DNA of 64,000 bases from Callorhinchus milii (Eukaryota), in the NCBI RefSeq assembly GCF_018977255.1, contig NW_024704742.1, positions 29,080,001 through 29,144,000 on the forward strand, written 5' to 3'. A program made the translations under genes and the position numbers. Under the pieces are notes generated by a model. The model was not told the DNA's origin. It saw nothing but the letters and a program-made list of their open reading frames with translations, and ran no database searches. Positions 60,717-64,000 of this stretch are shown here, in pieces. Within the stretch, counting starts at the first letter, position 1, and every line of letters starts with the position of its first letter.

Positions 60717-61714
60717 TGGGAATTCCCAAGTATAATTTGATCATCATAATACAACTTGAGAATCACACATCCCAAAATCCCATGCAGTCACATTTTGTAG
60801 GCATTTGTAGGCAACTACACATTCACTACACTTCATAGTAAATTCATGTGAAGTGCTTTGAGATGCCATGATGAAGCGTTGAAGCACTGTATCAAATGCA
60901 AGGATTATTATTATCAGTGTAGGGAGGAGAGTTGATAGAAGATCAAAGAGAATGCCCATTAAGTTTTGTATCTTACATCATTGCCTTTAGTGATTATGTT
61001 GAATGTCTCCAGGCTCCGGAGGCAAGAGCACAACAAATTAAAGAGTTTGTATCAGATGTGCTGACCAGCCCTCCCTGACTGGCCAGCCATCAGATCTCAG
61101 CATTTTTGCCTGCTCCAGAAGCAGCCCAGAGATTGAAGAAGCCAAATATTGCACACTGATTCTCATCGTTGACAGTATATAGCACCTCGGTTTCCACCCC
61201 ACAAAATATATAAATGTAATTTTGTTGTTGTTGTTGAAGGAGTCAATTACAGATTACGTGAGGACACGATTCTACTTCACTGTAGTTAATTGCAGTCTGC
61301 AAGCAAATCACCTCAAAATCAGAGGTAGAGTGAGGTCACCAGCATCCGAAGGAGAAAGACAGGGTAACATTTCAGGCATGACTTTTCATCATATTTTATT
61401 TCAAATTCCGATCTAATTATGGTCATTACACTGCAAATTGCTAATCAACCTCCAGCAAGATGATCCCAGCAGAAATACTGCTCTGAGAGTTATTGGAACG
61501 TAGAAAGCTTTCCCACAAGTGACTGTTCCGCCTGAGACCAGAACAATATTTAAAAGGCCTTCAGTTAAACGTTTGCAGAGGAACCACAGGCTCTAAAATT
61601 ATATGGGTTGCAACAGGATTCACTCATAGTGACTTTAGAAATTCCTGCATCGACTTCAAACACTTCGCAGGATTCCTGCGAATTGACAATGAGCTTTTGA
61701 CAGTTTGTGTGTCA

Positions 61715-62075
61715 ATCTGGCTCAGTTGGAAGCTCTTTCTCTCGCTTTTCAGTCAGAAGGCCGTGGGGTCTTGGAATTTATATAGACTAAGATGACACTC
61801 CAGTGTAGCGTTGGGGGTGTTCCACATTGTTGGAAGTGTCATCCTTCAGAAGAGACATGAAGCCAAGCCTCCGTTTTCCTATTCAGGTTTACTTTAAAGA
61901 TCCCATGGCACTGTTCAAAAAGTGAACAGTTTCTCCCAGTGTCCTGGCCAACAATCCCACAAATAAAATTGGCTGTTGTGGCACATTGCAGTGTGCAAAT
62001 TGATTGCAGAAATTTCCTACAAAATACAGTCACTGTACTTTACGGTAAATCCTGTGAAGCTCTTTGAGACTGTCA
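61715..62075 (+). mobile_element. Deu-domain SINE, near full length
   Basis: TGGCTCAGTTGG head, GACACTCCAGTG, AAAGATCCCATGGCACT, GTCCTGGCCAACAATCCC. Confidence 0.8.
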
Positions 62076-62144
62076 AGTGCTCCGGGATGCTACCCTGCAG
62101 GAAGGTTGCTACATAAATGCAAGTTGATGCTGTTGTTGACTAAC

Positions 62145-62285
62145 AACCGGGTTCCTACTTACTGCTAGGTAAATAGAGGCATGTGGAGTAAGGAAATTTG
62201 TCGAACGTTTCGCCCTGCCCGGGAATTGAACCCAGGTCCTTTCACTTGTGTGGCGCGTTCTCTAACTACTAAGCTACAGGACTCG
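62145..62285 (-). mobile_element. tRNA/CORE-like SINE, head and CORE only
   Basis: Minus GAGTCCTGTAGCTTAGTAGTTAGAG..GGGTTCAATTCCCGGC..TTTACCTAGCAGTAAGTAGGAACC. Confidence 0.8.
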
Positions 62286-62309
62286 AAGTATTATTATTTA
62301 TACTTCAGA

Positions 62310-63100
62310 ACACTGACAGCGTCACCATCCACGGATGCACACACCACCTTGCTAAGCCAGTCCGGAACCTTGGCATCTATTTGACACTCAACTATCCTTT
62401 CTACCCCACATCTGTGCCATGACCCGCTCTGCCTTCCCCCAGCTCTGCAACTTTGCCCGGCTCTGTCATTGTCTAACACCGCAGGCCCCCAAGACCCTCA
62501 TACACGCATTCATAACATCCAGGCTCGACTATGCAAACTCCCTACTTGTCAGCCTTCCCAGCTCCTTCCTCCTTCGGCTGCAGATCATCCAGAACTCTGC
62601 AGCCCATGTTCTTTCCCGCACCAGGCTCCGCGACCCTATCACCCCCATCCTCGCCCGACTCCACTGGCTTCCCATCACACAGAGGATACAGTTCAAGATC
62701 CTGGTCCTCACCTTCAAAGCCCTCCATGGCCTTGCTCCCCCCTACATCTGCGACCTCCTAATCCCCTACCAACTTACCCACTCCCTCCACTCAACGGGCT
62801 TCGGCCTGTTCACGTCCCCGCCTCGCCCGCCCCACCATTGGCGGGCGGGCTTTCTGCCACTCTGCCCTCACCCTCTGGAACTCCATCCCACAGTCCCTCC
62901 ACCTTGCACCCTCCCTTGCTTCCTTCAAGACCCATCTAAAGACCCTCCTCTTCGACCATGCTTTGGTTACCCTCTTCCCCCCCTGCCCCCACCCACCCTG
63001 ATCCCAACCCCAGCTCGGGTCCAGAACATTTATTGTCCAGTGCCTTGGGGCATCCTCCTGACATGAAAGGCGCTATACAAATGTAACTTTGTTGTTGTTA
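62310..63100 (+). mobile_element. L2 LINE 3' ~800 bp
   Basis: ORF 62419-63066 LIHAFITSRLDYANSLL..LQIIQNSAAHV..LHWLPITQRIQFKIL; (GTT)n tail. Confidence 0.92.
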
Positions 63101-63811
63101 TTATCATTTACAAGATCACAAGACAGGTTCAGATGAAGAAGGCATTTCAGCCCATTAAACCTCAACCTTCCAGAGAGTTACTGTCAGGATTTCCCACAAG
63201 GAAGCTGAAGCTTATTGTAAACCAGCACTTCTTAGTCTCTATTGTAAAATGGTTCAGGGAAGTAGTGAAGAACTGAGTTCAGAGCAGTTAGTTCCTGTTG
63301 GTTGAGCTGGTACCAGTTAAGGCTTGATGAACTGAATATCCCTTGCAATGCTGACATTTTTAAGTTTCAACCGCAAAGCATTGCTGTGATAGTGGAGCCA
63401 TTTAAGAAAAAAATCCTCACCTCTCCGTCCGTTCCCCTATTCCCCGCATCCGCCTCCACCCCCACCCTCCACACCCACTCCGATTGCTCTCATGTTGTCA
63501 CCAACAATACATCCATCTCTCACTGACTTCTTATGCCAGAGAGTAGCACAGAGTGAAGGTGGCTATCAATCAGACTGCTCTCCATCACTACTGTTACATT
63601 ACTTGTGCCAGTCCTGAGCAAAAACTCTTCTCCCTGAACAGAATGTGCAATCAGCAACACACTGTCAGTCAGGCCCATGATGGTATTGCTATTCAGATGT
63701 ATCAGCTTCTCACACTCTGAACCTGCCTCCCTTACCGTTTACCATCACTTCCTCCAACAAAAAAATTAGTCCGTTTCATGGCATCAGGAGAAACATCTGA
63801 ATCCAAATAAT

Positions 63812-63975
63812 ACTAATAATCCTTGCATTTGATATAGCGCCTTATCAAGACGTCGAAATGTCTTAAAGCTTCACAGAATAGACCGCAATGTGAATTGACT
63901 GCGTATATTGTGGGCACTGCTAATTGCGTACAGCAGTGTCCCAGTCATGGATTCAGTGACCAAATTATTATTATT
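63812..63975 (-). mobile_element. SINE 3' part
   Basis: Family tail ATAATCCTTGCATTTGATATAGCGCC on +. Confidence 0.8.
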
Positions 63976-64000
63976 TATTTACTTTTAATTTGAAGGGATT

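Noticed and set aside
62419..63066. 215-aa ORF with a proline-rich tail
   Set aside because: L2 ORF2 C-terminus that shifts frame into the C-rich 3' region.

Overview
AT-rich, repeat-dense vertebrate non-coding DNA, either a large intron or a gene desert. The repeat content (L2 and CR1 LINE fragments, a Deu-domain SINE resembling SacSINE1, and a tRNA-Ala/CORE-like SINE with an (ATT)n L2-type tail) suggests a cartilaginous fish, probably a holocephalan such as Callorhinchus; this is inference from remembered consensus sequences, not a search. I cannot recognise any host protein-coding gene: every ORF with recognisable motifs is decayed LINE ORF2. The most notable items are (1) a TSD-flanked palindromic element whose arms each carry a Penelope-type minimal hammerhead ribozyme motif, plus an older second copy; (2) an unclassified ~570-nt poly(A)-tailed, hairpin-rich retroposon with no evident tRNA head, present in about 9 copies; (3) several nested or inverted TE insertions with readable TSDs; (4) palindromic MITE-like elements; and (5) TE-free islands with enhancer-like motif clusters. 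Boundaries of degraded repeats are approximate (tens of bp).
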